From: Escherichia coli
GTDB taxonomy: Bacteria; Pseudomonadota; Gammaproteobacteria; Enterobacterales; Enterobacteriaceae
NCBI RefSeq assembly: GCF_016903815.1
Contig: NZ_CP069974.1
Strand: one strand, 5' to 3'
DNA length: 64,000 nucleotides
Part shown: piece after piece, positions 21,843 to 33,815 of the stretch
Position numbering within the stretch: the first letter of the stretch is position 1
Layout: each line of letters starts with the position of its first letter
The notes under the pieces: model-generated
Databases searched by the model: none
What the model saw: only the letters and a program-made list of their open reading frames with translations
What the model was told of the DNA's origin: nothing
Translations under genes and position numbers: made by a program

Positions 21843-22562
21843 TCACGCTGCCTCCCGGAGTTTGTTCGGCACCATCCACCGCTCCATCTCACGAACAGCA
21901 TGACCGACCACCCTTGCCGCCATACCAGCCTCTGCGATGACCTGCCAGAATGGCATATCCTGCCACTGCCAGCGTTCCATTCCGGCCAGTGACGGAAAAC
22001 GCTCGCCCCACTGCCAGAACAGGGTTTCCAGGTCATGCTCTGCCACCCGGTCACTCCAGCGTGCATGCCAGCTTCCGACTGTTTCCGGCGAATGGAATGC
22101 CAGTTCGATTTCAGCCTGAGCGACCAGCGCCTGGTACGCACGGGCTTTCTGCTCTGCCTCCCTCGCCTGCTGGCGGCTGTACTTCTGCATGACCAGCGCG
22201 GATTTATGGCGACTGCGTTCCCTGACACGAAACCGCACCGACGGGAACAAGCGCTCTGCTGCATCACCGGGAAGGGGAAGGAGGCAGACCTCGCCCTGTG
22301 TTTCAATCAGCACATCGATGGCATACAGCCACTGAAGACGGTTGCCGTGCAGTTCTTCTGCGGTCAGGGACGGCATGAAAAATCGCAGGTCAGACAGCGA
22401 TATCCTGCGGCTTCCGTTCAGACAGCGGAAAAACGCCCCCGCATACGGATATTCAGCCAGCGTGTTACCCTGATGGCGGCGTTTTTCGGTCTCCGCCACC
22501 GCCCGCCATGCGGCCTGTTGCTCTGTGCTGAGAGGAACCAGTGCCTGTGAACGTGCGCTCAT
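21843..22562 (-). CDS. psiA: PsiA
   Basis: 239 aa, matches F PsiA by recall; adjacent to psiB. Confidence 0.8.
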   Translation of the reverse strand: MSARSQALVPLSTEQQAAWRAVAETEKRRHQGNTLAEYPYAGAFFRCLNGSRRISLSDLRFFMPSLTAEELHGNRLQWLYAIDVLIETQGEVCLLPLPGDAAERLFPSVRFRVRERSRHKSALVMQKYSRQQAREAEQKARAYQALVAQAEIELAFHSPETVGSWHARWSDRVAEHDLETLFWQWGERFPSLAGMERWQWQDMPFWQVIAEAGMAARVVGHAVREMERWMVPNKLREAA

Positions 22563-22993
22563 GCCTGACCTCCTTCCGCCATCAGGATATGGATGATGTC
22601 ACTGACGCTGTACCCCTGCGCGTCCAGTGACGCCGCCAGTGCCAGTGAATGGCTGACGGCTTCCGGTGCAAACCGCCGCTGTACCTGAACCACCGCAAAC
22701 GGCTCACCACCGGCATTCACCAGAACCAGCACCCAGACCTGAGAGACATCGCCCGGTGAACATAACGCCAGGTGGAAACGTTCGTGGGCTGGCGTGAAAC
22801 GAACCTGGACGGGGAAAAAGCCCCCGAACTCACTGCCATACTCGCCATTCATCATCCAGTTGTCCGGCGCATCCAGTTCCCGCATCACGGCGTGTGTCAG
22901 CTCACGACGTTCATCACTTCCGGCTGCCCGGATATCTTCATATTCCTGTGCGCTCATGGTCTGTAATACATTCAGGGTCAGTTCAGTTTTCAT
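22559..22993 (-). CDS. psiB: PsiB (SOS inhibition, RecA-binding)
   Basis: [66 protein letters not shown]... matches F PsiB. Confidence 0.9.
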   Translation of the reverse strand: MKTELTLNVLQTMSAQEYEDIRAAGSDERRELTHAVMRELDAPDNWMMNGEYGSEFGGFFPVQVRFTPAHERFHLALCSPGDVSQVWVLVLVNAGGEPFAVVQVQRRFAPEAVSHSLALAASLDAQGYSVSDIIHILMAEGGQA

Positions 22994-23047
22994 CACGGTA
23001 TCTCCCTTGCTGCCGCCCCGTCTCCGGCGGGGCGGTGTGGTTGTTTA

Positions 23048-25006
23048 TCAGGCGGCATCAGCCAGGTTATCGGTGCGTTCAGTGGTATCCGTCTGTGGAT
23101 GTGGTGCACACATCCAGCCAGGCACCCAGCAGTTGTCTTTCATATGGTGCTCTGCATGTTCAGCCGCATCACCTTTCTTCATCTTCTCTGCATCCCGTGC
23201 AGCACCGGACAGTCCTGCCTCATTCAGGGCTGCGATAATCTGCGGCTTTTTCAGGTGTCCGAAGAAGTTTGCTTTTGTCGGCTGCCACCAGTCGCGCATG
23301 TGGAATCCGATAGCGGTTTCCAGCGAGTCAAGCGGACTGCGTGACGTGTGACCACACTCACGGGTCTGGACACCGTTAAGGCTGCATGCGGTGCAGAAAC
23401 TGAGCAGGGACAACAGCACCTCCTGACTGAGTGACAGGAATGTCGTCATGTCTCGTGACCATCCCTCCGGTAACAGGGCAGCAAGACGGGCTTTTTCTGC
23501 CATCAGCGCCATGAATGCGACACCTTCCTTCCCTGACGGCGCATCGCTGGTCAGCGAATAATGTTTACATTCCAGGCTGATTTGTGCCGGTTTACTGTAC
23601 GCTCCGCTGCCAAACACATTCAGGCAGAGCGTCCATGCCAGCAGTGCCAGAGATTTGTCCGGTTGCTGCATAAGCGCCGCCTGGACTGCCAGCGTGCGTT
23701 CGGAAGACATTTTCGTCAGCAGTGGCAGACTGATTCCCCCCACTGACGCTTTCTCCTGCACCTGTTCCGTGCGGTCAGCGTCGTCAGCCACGTCATCCTC
23801 ACTGCGCAACTGCACACCTCGCTGGACACACACGTTGCCATAACGCCAGGACACCACCACTCCACCTCCGGCACGCATCTCCGGCGTCCACGCTCTGACC
23901 TTCGCCATGCAGCGCATCAGCTTCATTTCTGCTTCCAGCAGGTCAGATTCCTCACACTGGTTTTCCAGCGCGTCGTAACGCGTCATCAGTTCGTTCAGAC
24001 GTTCTTCTTCCGCCTCCGTCAGCACCGCTTCCGGCTCCGGCAGACAGCGGTATGTTCCGGCATCCTCACGGCACTCACCTACAGGCTCCATGCGTCCGGC
24101 ACACCATCCCCAGCCTTCGGCTTCCCGAAGGAACTCTGCGACAGCCTGGAGTTTTTCCAGCAGGGCGGCATCGAGCGCCACGCAGTCCACATAGCCACCC
24201 TCGTCGTCGCTGAACAAATCGGTGCGCAGTTCGTCTGGCGAGAAGGCATCAGCCCCCACGAAGCGGAATTTACTGTTCCCAGCCACCGCCACTTCACTTT
24301 CGGTAATCAGGTTGCGGATAACCCGCACATCCGGTTTACCGCCCCATCCTGACTGGCAGGCGGCTTCAAACACCTGCACCTGACGCGCGGTGTCGTTCTC
24401 CAGCGCCAGCGCCTGACAGTGTTCGGTGGTGATGCGGTCTTCTGCCAGCGCATCAAGGATGACGGGTGCAAGGTCTGCCAGTTTCAGCATTCGCTGGACG
24501 TGGCGGGGTGAATAGCCCAGCAGGTCGCCAGTCTGCGCAGGTGTTTTGCCTTCCTGCGCCATTGCGCGGAATCCGGCAATCTGTTCGGCAGGGTGCATAT
24601 CCCGACGATGACCGTTTTCAGTCATTGATGCGGCAGTCGCCAGTTCCTGCAGAATAACCTTCACGCGTACAGGCCAGTCAGCCGGAAGGATGTTGCGCTC
24701 TGCCAGCATGTTGAGTGCAGCCAGTCGGCGACCACCTGCGGCGACACCGTAACGGTCACCAGGCAGGGTATGCACGACCAGATTCTGCAACAGGCCAACG
24801 CCCTTAATGGACTCAGCCAGTTCGCTGACGGACTCCACAGAATACGGCACCGTGCGCACATTCAGCGGTGATTTAATCAGTGAGGCCAGCGGCACGCTCA
24901 CTTCCTCCGTCTGCGCCAGCAGGGCAGACAGGACTGTTTCCTGCGTTTTTGCAGGTTTACGGCTGGATTTACGCTCCGTTTTTGCCTTAGACTCTGTAAC
25001 TGACAT
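23048..25006 (-). CDS. ParB-like nuclease domain protein of the leading region (652 aa)
   Basis: Large acidic ORF between psiB and ssb; N-terminal ParB/Srx-like region (GGRRL-type motif); position as in F-like leading regions. Confidence 0.55.
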   Translation of the reverse strand: MSVTESKAKTERKSSRKPAKTQETVLSALLAQTEEVSVPLASLIKSPLNVRTVPYSVESVSELAESIKGVGLLQNLVVHTLPGDRYGVAAGGRRLAALNMLAERNILPADWPVRVKVILQELATAASMTENGHRRDMHPAEQIAGFRAMAQEGKTPAQTGDLLGYSPRHVQRMLKLADLAPVILDALAEDRITTEHCQALALENDTARQVQVFEAACQSGWGGKPDVRVIRNLITESEVAVAGNSKFRFVGADAFSPDELRTDLFSDDEGGYVDCVALDAALLEKLQAVAEFLREAEGWGWCAGRMEPVGECREDAGTYRCLPEPEAVLTEAEEERLNELMTRYDALENQCEESDLLEAEMKLMRCMAKVRAWTPEMRAGGGVVVSWRYGNVCVQRGVQLRSEDDVADDADRTEQVQEKASVGGISLPLLTKMSSERTLAVQAALMQQPDKSLALLAWTLCLNVFGSGAYSKPAQISLECKHYSLTSDAPSGKEGVAFMALMAEKARLAALLPEGWSRDMTTFLSLSQEVLLSLLSFCTACSLNGVQTRECGHTSRSPLDSLETAIGFHMRDWWQPTKANFFGHLKKPQIIAALNEAGLSGAARDAEKMKKGDAAEHAEHHMKDNCWVPGWMCAPHPQTDTTERTDNLADAA

Positions 25007-25071
25007 AGTTAGTACCTCCCAAAACGGTAATAATGATTGTCTGCCGGACGTGTCCCCGTCCGGCACCTCTC

Positions 25072-25868
<797 letters not shown>

Positions 25869-28529
25869 GTAGGGTAGGGTACGTGTGGTCTTTCAAGATA
25901 AATGGCGAATATGTCCTGCTTATCTTGAGTTAGATCACCGTTACCCCCCCTCCGAACCGTACGTGCACCTTTCAATGCATACGGCTCTCCATTGCTAGCT
26001 TATTGGGGATAAACTCATTTAGCAGAATCCCCACTTGAGACAGGTGGTTGCAGGAGTATTCTTCCCTTTTCCTGTCTCAGATCGGGTAGTTTTCCGCTAT
26101 GTAACTTGTCGTGGCAACTTGCGCACAAAATCATCGTTTTCCGGCGGCGTGCGATCATCATTAGTTGCCACAGGCTGGGTTTATATCCGGCCTTACGACC
26201 TTTCTTCAGGTCTTTTAGCTTTCTGACATGATGTACTTCGCAGCGCCCAGTCTTCGCACAATACTCGCAGATCCTTGCCCCTAATCGACGCATGATCTCT
26301 GTTGTGCGGGTTGTGATATGTGCGGTTCTCGGTTCCGTATCGACAATCGTTGTTCGGTTGCGATTGACATGTTTGAGTTTGAAAACCTCAATCTTTCGGG
26401 ATCCATTTTTGGCCTGAACGGTAATAGCCAGATCTCCATTATTTTGCCGTAGCGATTTGGCGACTTTATTCACTGAACTACGTCGTTTATTCGCTAGGGT
26501 CTTAAAAAGGCTTATTTGCCATATGAAATATAATTTTGATAATTTATATTTCATGTCCAGCGCCAGACTGTAGTAGTTCGCCAATCCGCGCATTTCCGCG
26601 TTGAAAGTCAGAACAATTTCAGCTTCACTGAGATTTTGTAGACTTGAACGATGTACAGCCTTCACATTCTCATAACAGCCATATTTCTTTTGGTGACAAA
26701 ATTTAGCGGCTATATTGTCAGGAACGAAGAGCTGCACAATTCCTGTGGTGGATCTCCGGAGAGCGTGCCGCCCTTGCATTTTCTGCTTCAGCAATTTCTT
26801 TGCATCTGCCTGTCTGATTTCATAGCCTAAAAAATTAACTCCTTCTGAGATATGGCGGATCCTGGTCTTTGCTTCATTAACTTCCAATCCCAGTGAAGTA
26901 GTAATAAAGTTTCTGACCTGTCTTGATATATGTTCAGCATCTTTCTTCGAGCCGATGACACCAATTACGAAGTCATCAGCATATCGAACATAGTACATAC
27001 GCCTGAAGTTTGGATCGTTCATGACCTGAGATGGTATAGAACGTTTTTCTTCAAGCAGTCGTTCAATTTCTTTCTTTATGGCTTCTTTTTCTGATTCAGA
27101 ATCAGTTGCCATACCGTCTACTTTCTTTCGTAGTTTATGAATCTTATGGGCCAGCCTGTTCATATCTGGATTCGCTCTTCGTTTTGTACCGCTTGTATAT
27201 GCAGGAATTAAGTTCTGTTCTACAAAACGGTCCAGTTTGTCGAGGTATATATTTGCCAGTAAGGGAGAAATTATCCCACCTTGTGGCGTGCCAGAATATG
27301 AGCGATGGTATTTCCAATTGTCCACATATCCTGCCTTCAGCCACTGTTCGATTAATTTCAGGAAATTCTTATCCTTAATTTTCTCTGCCAGTGTATTCAG
27401 CAATAGTTTGTGGGGGATATTGTCAAAGAAACCTTTGATATCAACATCCACGATCCATTTAACTCCGTTCCAGACTGGACGAATAGATCTGAGCGCAGTT
27501 TCACACGAACGTTTTGGTCTGAATCCATGAGAGTGTTCAGAGAATACTGGTTCATAAACCCTTTCCAGAATAATTCTTGCTACTTCTTGCGCCAGTTTAT
27601 CGTCTCCACCTGGAATCCCCAGCGGTCTGGTTTTTCCGTCCTTTTTTGGGATCTGAACTCTGCGTACAGGTTTCGCTACGTATTCTCTACTCCGCAATGT
27701 TTTTGCCAGCTTCTCTGCTCTTTCGATAGAGAAGCCATCAATGGTATCTGTTGATACACCTTGAGTCAGTGCACCTGCATTGGCCCGTATATTCACGTAG
27801 GCTTGCAGCCACAGTCCGGGCTCACACGCAATTTTGTATAGATTACGTACTGGATACCCTTTTTTTGAAGCATCCTCAATTCCATCTAATCTTTTCTCAA
27901 GTTCATCAGGCAGCATTGGCTAACCCTCCTCTTAGAGATTGATGTATCTAACAACTGTCTCCCTTCCCCGCAGCACTGTGAGGCTTTCATCTCCCTTCCG
28001 GTTGATTTATACCTTTGCTGCTTCCGTATAATGCGGACTGCCGTAGCCCATTACAGGCCGACCTTGAGTACTATGGAGACTCCGCTACCATGCTGGGTAT
28101 AAATCCAGTTTAGGTAGTCCCGTAGTTTCACGGTGTGGAGATGCGATGTACTTAGGATGTCTTTCGATCGTTTAACTATTTCATCAATAGCTGGCCCGTT
28201 AGAGTGGTCACAATCAACGTAGGGCGGATTTCTTGTGCTATTACGGGAATAACGCTTCAATCGTTCTGCGTTATTGGTTTCCTGTTTCCCACATAGATCT
28301 CGACTTCAACAAACCCAGTTTATCCATATACATCTTGCATTGAGTGGTGATACTTATAACGATTTCCGTATTCACCACCCTTTTCTGTGGATGCTATGTT
28401 CACCTCTCCTTTTCAGGATCTCCGAGCCTGTTACCAAGCGAGGCTAACCACAGTATGCAATGGCTATACCACTAAGCCATGTTGCTTTTCATGCAACACT
28501 CCATAAAACACCGCGCTTCAACGGCGCAC
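25869..28529 (-). mobile_element. group II intron (LtrA-like IEP, IIA-like) inserted in ssb in sense orientation
   Basis: Minus-strand 5' end GTGCGCCGTTGAAGCGCGG directly after ssb codon 13; IEP 26015-27916; canonical domain V GAGCCGTATGCATTGAAAGGTGCACGTACGGTTC at 25954-25987 (minus); 3' end ...CCTAC followed by ssb exon 2. Confidence 0.85.
26015..27916 (-). CDS. group II intron reverse transcriptase/maturase (LtrA-like) with C-terminal HNH-like domain
   Basis: YSGTPQGGIISPLLANIYL, YVRYADDFVIGV, maturase region, C-terminal CEYC...HH...CASCHDKLH; closely resembles Ll.LtrB LtrA by recall. Confidence 0.9.
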   Translation of the reverse strand: MLPDELEKRLDGIEDASKKGYPVRNLYKIACEPGLWLQAYVNIRANAGALTQGVSTDTIDGFSIERAEKLAKTLRSREYVAKPVRRVQIPKKDGKTRPLGIPGGDDKLAQEVARIILERVYEPVFSEHSHGFRPKRSCETALRSIRPVWNGVKWIVDVDIKGFFDNIPHKLLLNTLAEKIKDKNFLKLIEQWLKAGYVDNWKYHRSYSGTPQGGIISPLLANIYLDKLDRFVEQNLIPAYTSGTKRRANPDMNRLAHKIHKLRKKVDGMATDSESEKEAIKKEIERLLEEKRSIPSQVMNDPNFRRMYYVRYADDFVIGVIGSKKDAEHISRQVRNFITTSLGLEVNEAKTRIRHISEGVNFLGYEIRQADAKKLLKQKMQGRHALRRSTTGIVQLFVPDNIAAKFCHQKKYGCYENVKAVHRSSLQNLSEAEIVLTFNAEMRGLANYYSLALDMKYKLSKLYFIWQISLFKTLANKRRSSVNKVAKSLRQNNGDLAITVQAKNGSRKIEVFKLKHVNRNRTTIVDTEPRTAHITTRTTEIMRRLGARICEYCAKTGRCEVHHVRKLKDLKKGRKAGYKPSLWQLMMIARRRKTMILCASCHDKLHSGKLPDLRQEKGRILLQPPVSSGDSAK

Positions 28530-28568
28530 TCCTACGAGAATGACCTTGTTAATGCCACGAACTGCCAT
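28530..28568 (-). CDS. ssb: plasmid SSB, exon 1 (codons 1-13, MAVRGINKVILVG)
   Basis: RBS AGGAGG then ATG at 28568; 13 codons matching the SSB N-terminus, followed immediately by intron 5' GTGCG. Confidence 0.8.
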
Positions 28569-28595
28569 GATGTGCCTCCTTCTGTTGATGTTTTC

Positions 28596-29177
28596 AGCCC
28601 CCATCATCTTTTGAGTTTCGGGAGCCGCGGTTTTGACGTTTTGCGGGGACCTGCCTTTTGTTCCCTCCGGTATTCACCATCACCTTTTTGAGAACCTTCG
28701 CCGCATGGGGCATCACTGCCACGGACGGAAACGACTGTCCGGGGGCAGACCGCAAAAGTTTTTGCCTGCTTCTGGGCAAAAAGTTTTGCGGGATGTGCAT
28801 TTCACCCCTGGACTGGCGGAGACGGTTGTGGCTGTCTTTGCCCCCGGCGACAGGGGCTTAAACAGGTGAATGGCACCGGACAGAACAACGGGCAGGGACC
28901 CGCCGCAACGACGTGAAGCGCGGTTTGCGAAACGGCGTTGCCCCTTACATCCCGGCGGTCTTTTGCCGGGATGCCAGGAGCGCAGGCCACGGCGCGACAG
29001 AGGCGGCGCGACCGGAACGGTCGCTGCAAGCCAGGGGTTTTCACGCATCGGACCGTAGCGACAGCCCGAAACCGCGCCAGCGGGTTCGGCGGAGACTGGC
29101 AGGTGCGCCAGCAGCTGCCTGTCGGAGTCGGGCCTGACGACCGGATGCCGCCAGGCAGCCGGGAGCCGAAGGTGCGC
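28596..29177. repeat. GC-rich structured repeat copy 2 (candidate Frpo/ssi-type ssDNA promoter) immediately upstream of ssb
   Basis: Near-identical to 16811-17392; begins ~28 nt upstream of the ssb start codon on the minus strand. Confidence 0.45.
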
Positions 29178-31561
29178 GTGCGACAGGAAGTCGCTTAACG
29201 TATTGTTTTACATTGATAAAACCAGCTATCCCATTAGCTGTAGCCTACCGGGACAGGCGTTGCCGGCAACGGCGGGGTCTGAAGCTCCCGGGACAACGAG
29301 AGCCGGGCGTCAGCCCGGGTAATGCCCCGTGAGGGGCTTTACCTTGCTGCAAGCATCATGCGGCAGGAGAGCAAGGCTGGTCAGAAGGGTTAACACATGT
29401 GAACTGTTGATAAACACCGTTATCGGCAACAGGCCAAAGATGCTGACAGGCCTGAACCAAAAGGTACGGGGTCCGGTTGCTACCTCGCGCACAGGGAGCA
29501 CATGGGCGCAGAGACCCCCGGTGAAGAGACAGAACCCGCCCTGACCCTCTGTATGTTAAGCGGAACCTGGTAAACCCGTATCGCTGCCTCACAGGCAGGT
29601 GAACCGCAAGGAACACTGTTAGCGGTGCGGGCATAGGAGGACGGAAAAAGCGAATGCCCGGCTGTAATAACCGGGATACGGGGCAGGTTCCCCGACGCGA
29701 AAGCGGGCAGACTTCCGTCTGGTCTTTAATTGCATGAAAAGCTGTAAAGCAGTCAAAAGGATATCAGCGAGATGAATACACACATCAGTGTGTCCACGAT
29801 ACCCCACCCGACAGGCTGGCACACCATAAACTGGAAAGCATGCCATGCCCGGGTGCGAAAGCTACAGTTACGGATTGCAAAGGCAACCCGACAGCAACAA
29901 TGGCGGCAGGTCAGAGAACTACAGCGCATCCTCACCCGCTCATTCTCCGGCAAAGCCGTGGCTGTCAGGCGTGTAACTGAAAATACCGGTAAAAGGACAC
30001 CCGGTATTGACGGAAAAATATGGCACACACCGAAGGAGAAATGGGAAGGAATATGCAGCCTGAATCTGTGTGGTTACAGGCCACAGCCACTACGGCGAAT
30101 ACATATCCCAAAATCAAACGGCAAAACGCGACCGCTGGGCATACCCACAATGAGGGACCGGGCCATGCAGGCACTGTGGCTGCTGGCTCTGGAACCCGTA
30201 TCCGAGACCACTGCTGACCATAACAGCTATGGTTTCAGACCAATGCGCAGCACGCATGACGCCATTGAGTCCATTTTTCTGCGGATGAGCCAGAAAGTAT
30301 CGCCCAAATGGATACTGGAGGGCGATATTAAAGGGTGCTTCGATAACATCAGCCATGACTGGCTGCTTTCCCATATTCCGATGGACAGGAGACTGCTTAA
30401 AAAATGGTTGAAAGCAGGTTACATGGAAAGAGGCGTGTTTAACCATACGAACAGCGGGACACCGCAGGGAGGCATCATATCCCCTGTTCTCGCCAACATG
30501 GCTCTGGACGGACTGGAGAAGGAACTGATGCAAACGTTCAGGAAAAGTGGTTATCACAGTGCAAAGCACCAGGTGAATTATGTGAGATATGCTGATGATT
30601 TCATCTGTTCAGGCAGCTCCCGTGAATTGCTGGAAAATGAGGTCAGACCACTGATTGCAGCTTTCATGCGCGAACGAGGGCTGGAACTGTCGGAAGAAAA
30701 AACAGCGATCACACATATAGATAAAGGCTTCGACTTTTTAGGGCAGAACGTCAGGAAGTACAACGGTAAAATGCTGATTAAACCGTCGAAGAAAAACCTG
30801 AAGAACTTCCTCTGTAAAGTCAGAGAAATAATTAAACGCAATCCGACGCTCCCGGCATGGAAACTGATAGGCCAGCTAAACCCGGTGATCCGGGGATGGG
30901 CTACCTATCACCGACACGTCGTGGCGAAAGAAACATTTAATTATGTCGACACCCAAATCTGGCGAGCTATATGGCGATGGTGTGTAAGACGGCATCCCCG
31001 GAAAGGATTGCGGTGGATCGCCGGACGATACTTCTCCTTTGAAGGCAGGCGCTGGATCTTTAAAGCCATAACCCCGGAAGGGAAAATTCTGACACTCTTC
31101 CGGGCAATGGAAACACCGATAAAGCGCCATATAAAAATCAAAGGCGAAGCAACACCATACACCCCCGGAATGGAAATCTACTTTGAACGTCGTCTGGATC
31201 TAATCTGGAAAGGCAAATCAAAGAAGATGAAGACAGTAGTTCAACTCTGGAAGAGGCAGGGGAAACACTGTCCGCAGTGCGGACAACTCATAACCAACCA
31301 GACCGGATGGAATATACATCACCGGATCAGGAAAGTTATGGGCGGCAGTGACGAACTGACCAATCTCGAGTTGTTACATCCGAACTGCCACCGACAGTTA
31401 CACAGCAGGGAAGCCGGTGCTCACCGAAAGCACTTATAAAGGCTTGAGCGGAGTGCGGGGAAACTCGCACGCTCCGTTCTTAGGGGGCGGCGGCGCAGCA
31501 ATGTGCCGCTGCTACCCGACCCGGCAGACAGGACAACACTGCAGTAGTCAGAATCAGAGCA
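29178..31561 (+). mobile_element. group II intron copy 2
   Basis: Identical to copy 1 across the IEP and flanking RNA domains; same junction with the upstream repeat. Confidence 0.75.
29772..31439 (+). CDS. group II intron-encoded RT/maturase/HNH (copy 2)
   Basis: 555-aa protein identical to the copy 1 IEP. Confidence 0.9.
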   Translation: MNTHISVSTIPHPTGWHTINWKACHARVRKLQLRIAKATRQQQWRQVRELQRILTRSFSGKAVAVRRVTENTGKRTPGIDGKIWHTPKEKWEGICSLNLCGYRPQPLRRIHIPKSNGKTRPLGIPTMRDRAMQALWLLALEPVSETTADHNSYGFRPMRSTHDAIESIFLRMSQKVSPKWILEGDIKGCFDNISHDWLLSHIPMDRRLLKKWLKAGYMERGVFNHTNSGTPQGGIISPVLANMALDGLEKELMQTFRKSGYHSAKHQVNYVRYADDFICSGSSRELLENEVRPLIAAFMRERGLELSEEKTAITHIDKGFDFLGQNVRKYNGKMLIKPSKKNLKNFLCKVREIIKRNPTLPAWKLIGQLNPVIRGWATYHRHVVAKETFNYVDTQIWRAIWRWCVRRHPRKGLRWIAGRYFSFEGRRWIFKAITPEGKILTLFRAMETPIKRHIKIKGEATPYTPGMEIYFERRLDLIWKGKSKKMKTVVQLWKRQGKHCPQCGQLITNQTGWNIHHRIRKVMGGSDELTNLELLHPNCHRQLHSREAGAHRKHL

Positions 31562-31577
31562 GCAGGAAAAAGAAGAA

Positions 31578-31616
31578 CAGTAGCAGTAGCAGTAGCAGTA
31601 GCAGTAGCAGTAGCAG
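31578..31616. repeat. hexanucleotide simple sequence repeat (CAGTAG)x6
   Basis: cagtagcagtagcagtagcagtagcagtagcagtagcag directly 3' of intron copy 2; not expanded at the equivalent position after copy 3. Confidence 0.9.
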
Positions 31617-31791
31617 GAACAACAACATCAGTAACAGACAAATGACAGGCATGAAGAAACAGAAGCCCCCATCAGAACGTCCGCGTAATGAAAGGGGCGG
31701 CGCGTGAGCGCGGCCCCTTTCAGCGCCACCGGCGCGCGTTTTTTCCCGGCGCGGGCAGACAGGCATTTATCCTCCCGCCGGCCCTGTGTCA

Positions 31792-32355
31792 TCAGGCACG
31801 CAGACGAATAATCATCGTCGGGACATCGGTATAAGCAAACGTGCCGCGCGGCAGCTCCTCGCGGACGTCAGAAAACGGTAACAGCTTCTCCTGCTGGCGT
31901 GGTCCGTTGAGACAGACGGCGACCAGCACGCCACCCGGACGCAACAGGGAAAAGGCCCGCAGGATATGCCGGATATCCTGCCCGTGGCTGAACGGCGGAT
32001 TCATGATAACCCGGCTGTAATACTGCACCGGCAGCCATTCCATGAAGTCGCCACACTGAACCCTGACACCGTTAAAATTTTCCCGCAGATACCGGACCAG
32101 CCCGCTGTTGATTTCCACCGCATCACACATGGCCCCCGGCGCGGTATCCCGAATCGCCCGCAGTATGGCCCCGGTGCCGGCAGAGGGTTCCAGAATGTGA
32201 TCACGGTTGCTGATCTCCGCCAGCATCACCAGGCGATCACAGACCGGGGCAGGAGTCACAAAAAGCTGAGATTCAGCCCGGATTTCAGCAACCGGCGCGG
32301 CGTTATCCAGCCTTGCGCGCATCAGCCGGATACGTTCTCTTAACTGACTGTGCAT
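31792..32355 (-). CDS. small orphan methyltransferase (putative DNA N6-adenine MTase)
   Basis: 187 aa with AdoMet motif EPSAGTGA followed by NPPF motif; no adjacent restriction gene. Confidence 0.6.
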   Translation of the reverse strand: MHSQLRERIRLMRARLDNAAPVAEIRAESQLFVTPAPVCDRLVMLAEISNRDHILEPSAGTGAILRAIRDTAPGAMCDAVEINSGLVRYLRENFNGVRVQCGDFMEWLPVQYYSRVIMNPPFSHGQDIRHILRAFSLLRPGGVLVAVCLNGPRQQEKLLPFSDVREELPRGTFAYTDVPTMIIRLRA

Positions 32356-32402
32356 ATCATTATCTCCGTCATCCCCCGGGGATTTTCCCGGGGGGATATA
32401 CC

Positions 32403-33764
32403 TTATTTCTGTGGGATTTCCGTGATTTTCATGTCGGAGATATACACATTCACCAGGCGGAAATTATTGTCCATTGTGCGGCGGTACCGGTATGCCCCGT
32501 GGTCTTCTGCTTCTGCCACACTGCGCACGGCCTTACAGTCCCGGGGCAGGGCGGCCCACTGTGCCTTTGTCATTTCCCGGAAACCTTCCCCCGGATAGTT
32601 GACTACCGGCGGACGCTTCGCGGCCTGACTGGCGACGGCAGCCTCTTCTGCCGATGGTGCTTTGTAGTCCGTGATGCGATCGGGCGTCACTTTCATCGTG
32701 CCGCTGTACCCGAGAAAACTGTAATTTGGCGTTGTGACTGAACTCACCGCCCCGTTGCTTTTGTTCACACGGATGATGGTCAGCCACTCGCCCCGGCTGA
32801 AAACCTGTCCGCCCGGCTCAAAATCCTGTGTCCGGGTAACCACGCCGCCGCTTTCGTCCAGCATGGCACGCTCATAGATCAGGCGGTTCTGATAGTGGTT
32901 AACCCAGCGTTGTTGATGCTGAATCTGCCGTTCATGACAGCGGATCGCAATTTCGCGGGCCTGCTCCGTGGTGATGATGTCATCATCCAGGGCCGACCAT
33001 AACGATCGACTTCCTTCATACTGGCTTTTTTCTGCCGGGCGCGGATACGTATCCAGCGGGAAACAGGCGCTGATATGGTCATGACTGCTGATGAGTTTTG
33101 CCATATTCAGATCCAGCGATTCAGCCCGCCACATCGTCAGATATTTCTGCGACTGCGCGATGGTCTTTTCAGCCTTGCGCAAATCAGCTTCGATTTTTTT
33201 GATACGACGCCAGCGAACGTCCGGACGTTCTTTATACTTCGCGTGAAGCAGTGCCGACCGCGCCCGCTCTTCCCAGTATTCCGCACGTTCAAAGAGCATC
33301 ACGGCTCGTTTCATGCCGTTTTCAATACGCTGCGCATCACGACGGGCGCGGCGTTCGCTGTGATGCCCCACAAGAATGGGCTGACCGGGCGGGATCATCG
33401 CGGCCAGTCTTTCCACTTCATCAAGTGCCTGTGCGGATTCACTGGCCCGCTTTCCGCTGTATCCGGTAAACCGCTCCGCCCGTGCTTCCTGACGTTCAGC
33501 GAGCGTGCTGTCTTCATCCTCAATCTCTCCGGCAAGTGAGAGGAGCACGTCTTCCCGGCCCGGTGTCCAGGCTGGCGCGACAAACAGCGCCTGTTTTGGT
33601 GCCCAGCGGAAACCGGCATCATGCACTTTTTTATACGTCTCCGGGTCAAGACGTGACACGGCATACAGGCGCAGTTTGTTGTCATCCGGTGAGTAGGTCG
33701 CGCGGTACATCTGCACAGGGCTGGCGGCTTCCGGGGCGGTCATGGTGATTGCTGCTAATGTCAT
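32403..33764 (-). CDS. hypothetical leading-region protein (453 aa)
   Basis: Long basic/acidic ORF with coiled-coil-like central region; same strand as the neighbouring methyltransferase. Confidence 0.5.
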   Translation of the reverse strand: MTLAAITMTAPEAASPVQMYRATYSPDDNKLRLYAVSRLDPETYKKVHDAGFRWAPKQALFVAPAWTPGREDVLLSLAGEIEDEDSTLAERQEARAERFTGYSGKRASESAQALDEVERLAAMIPPGQPILVGHHSERRARRDAQRIENGMKRAVMLFERAEYWEERARSALLHAKYKERPDVRWRRIKKIEADLRKAEKTIAQSQKYLTMWRAESLDLNMAKLISSHDHISACFPLDTYPRPAEKSQYEGSRSLWSALDDDIITTEQAREIAIRCHERQIQHQQRWVNHYQNRLIYERAMLDESGGVVTRTQDFEPGGQVFSRGEWLTIIRVNKSNGAVSSVTTPNYSFLGYSGTMKVTPDRITDYKAPSAEEAAVASQAAKRPPVVNYPGEGFREMTKAQWAALPRDCKAVRSVAEAEDHGAYRYRRTMDNNFRLVNVYISDMKITEIPQK

Positions 33765-33815
33765 AAAATGTTCTCCTTCCGTCTGTTGCCGCCCCTCGCG
33801 GGGCGGCTCACCTCA

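Noticed and set aside
26035-28260. Short ORFs inside the ssb intron (e.g. 27106-27530 plus strand, 28051-28260 minus strand)
   Set aside because: Antisense to, or within the RNA domains of, the group II intron; no independent support.
31417-31766. ORFs encoding poly-Ser (plus strand) and poly-Leu (minus strand)
   Set aside because: Artefact of translating the (CAGTAG)n simple sequence repeat.
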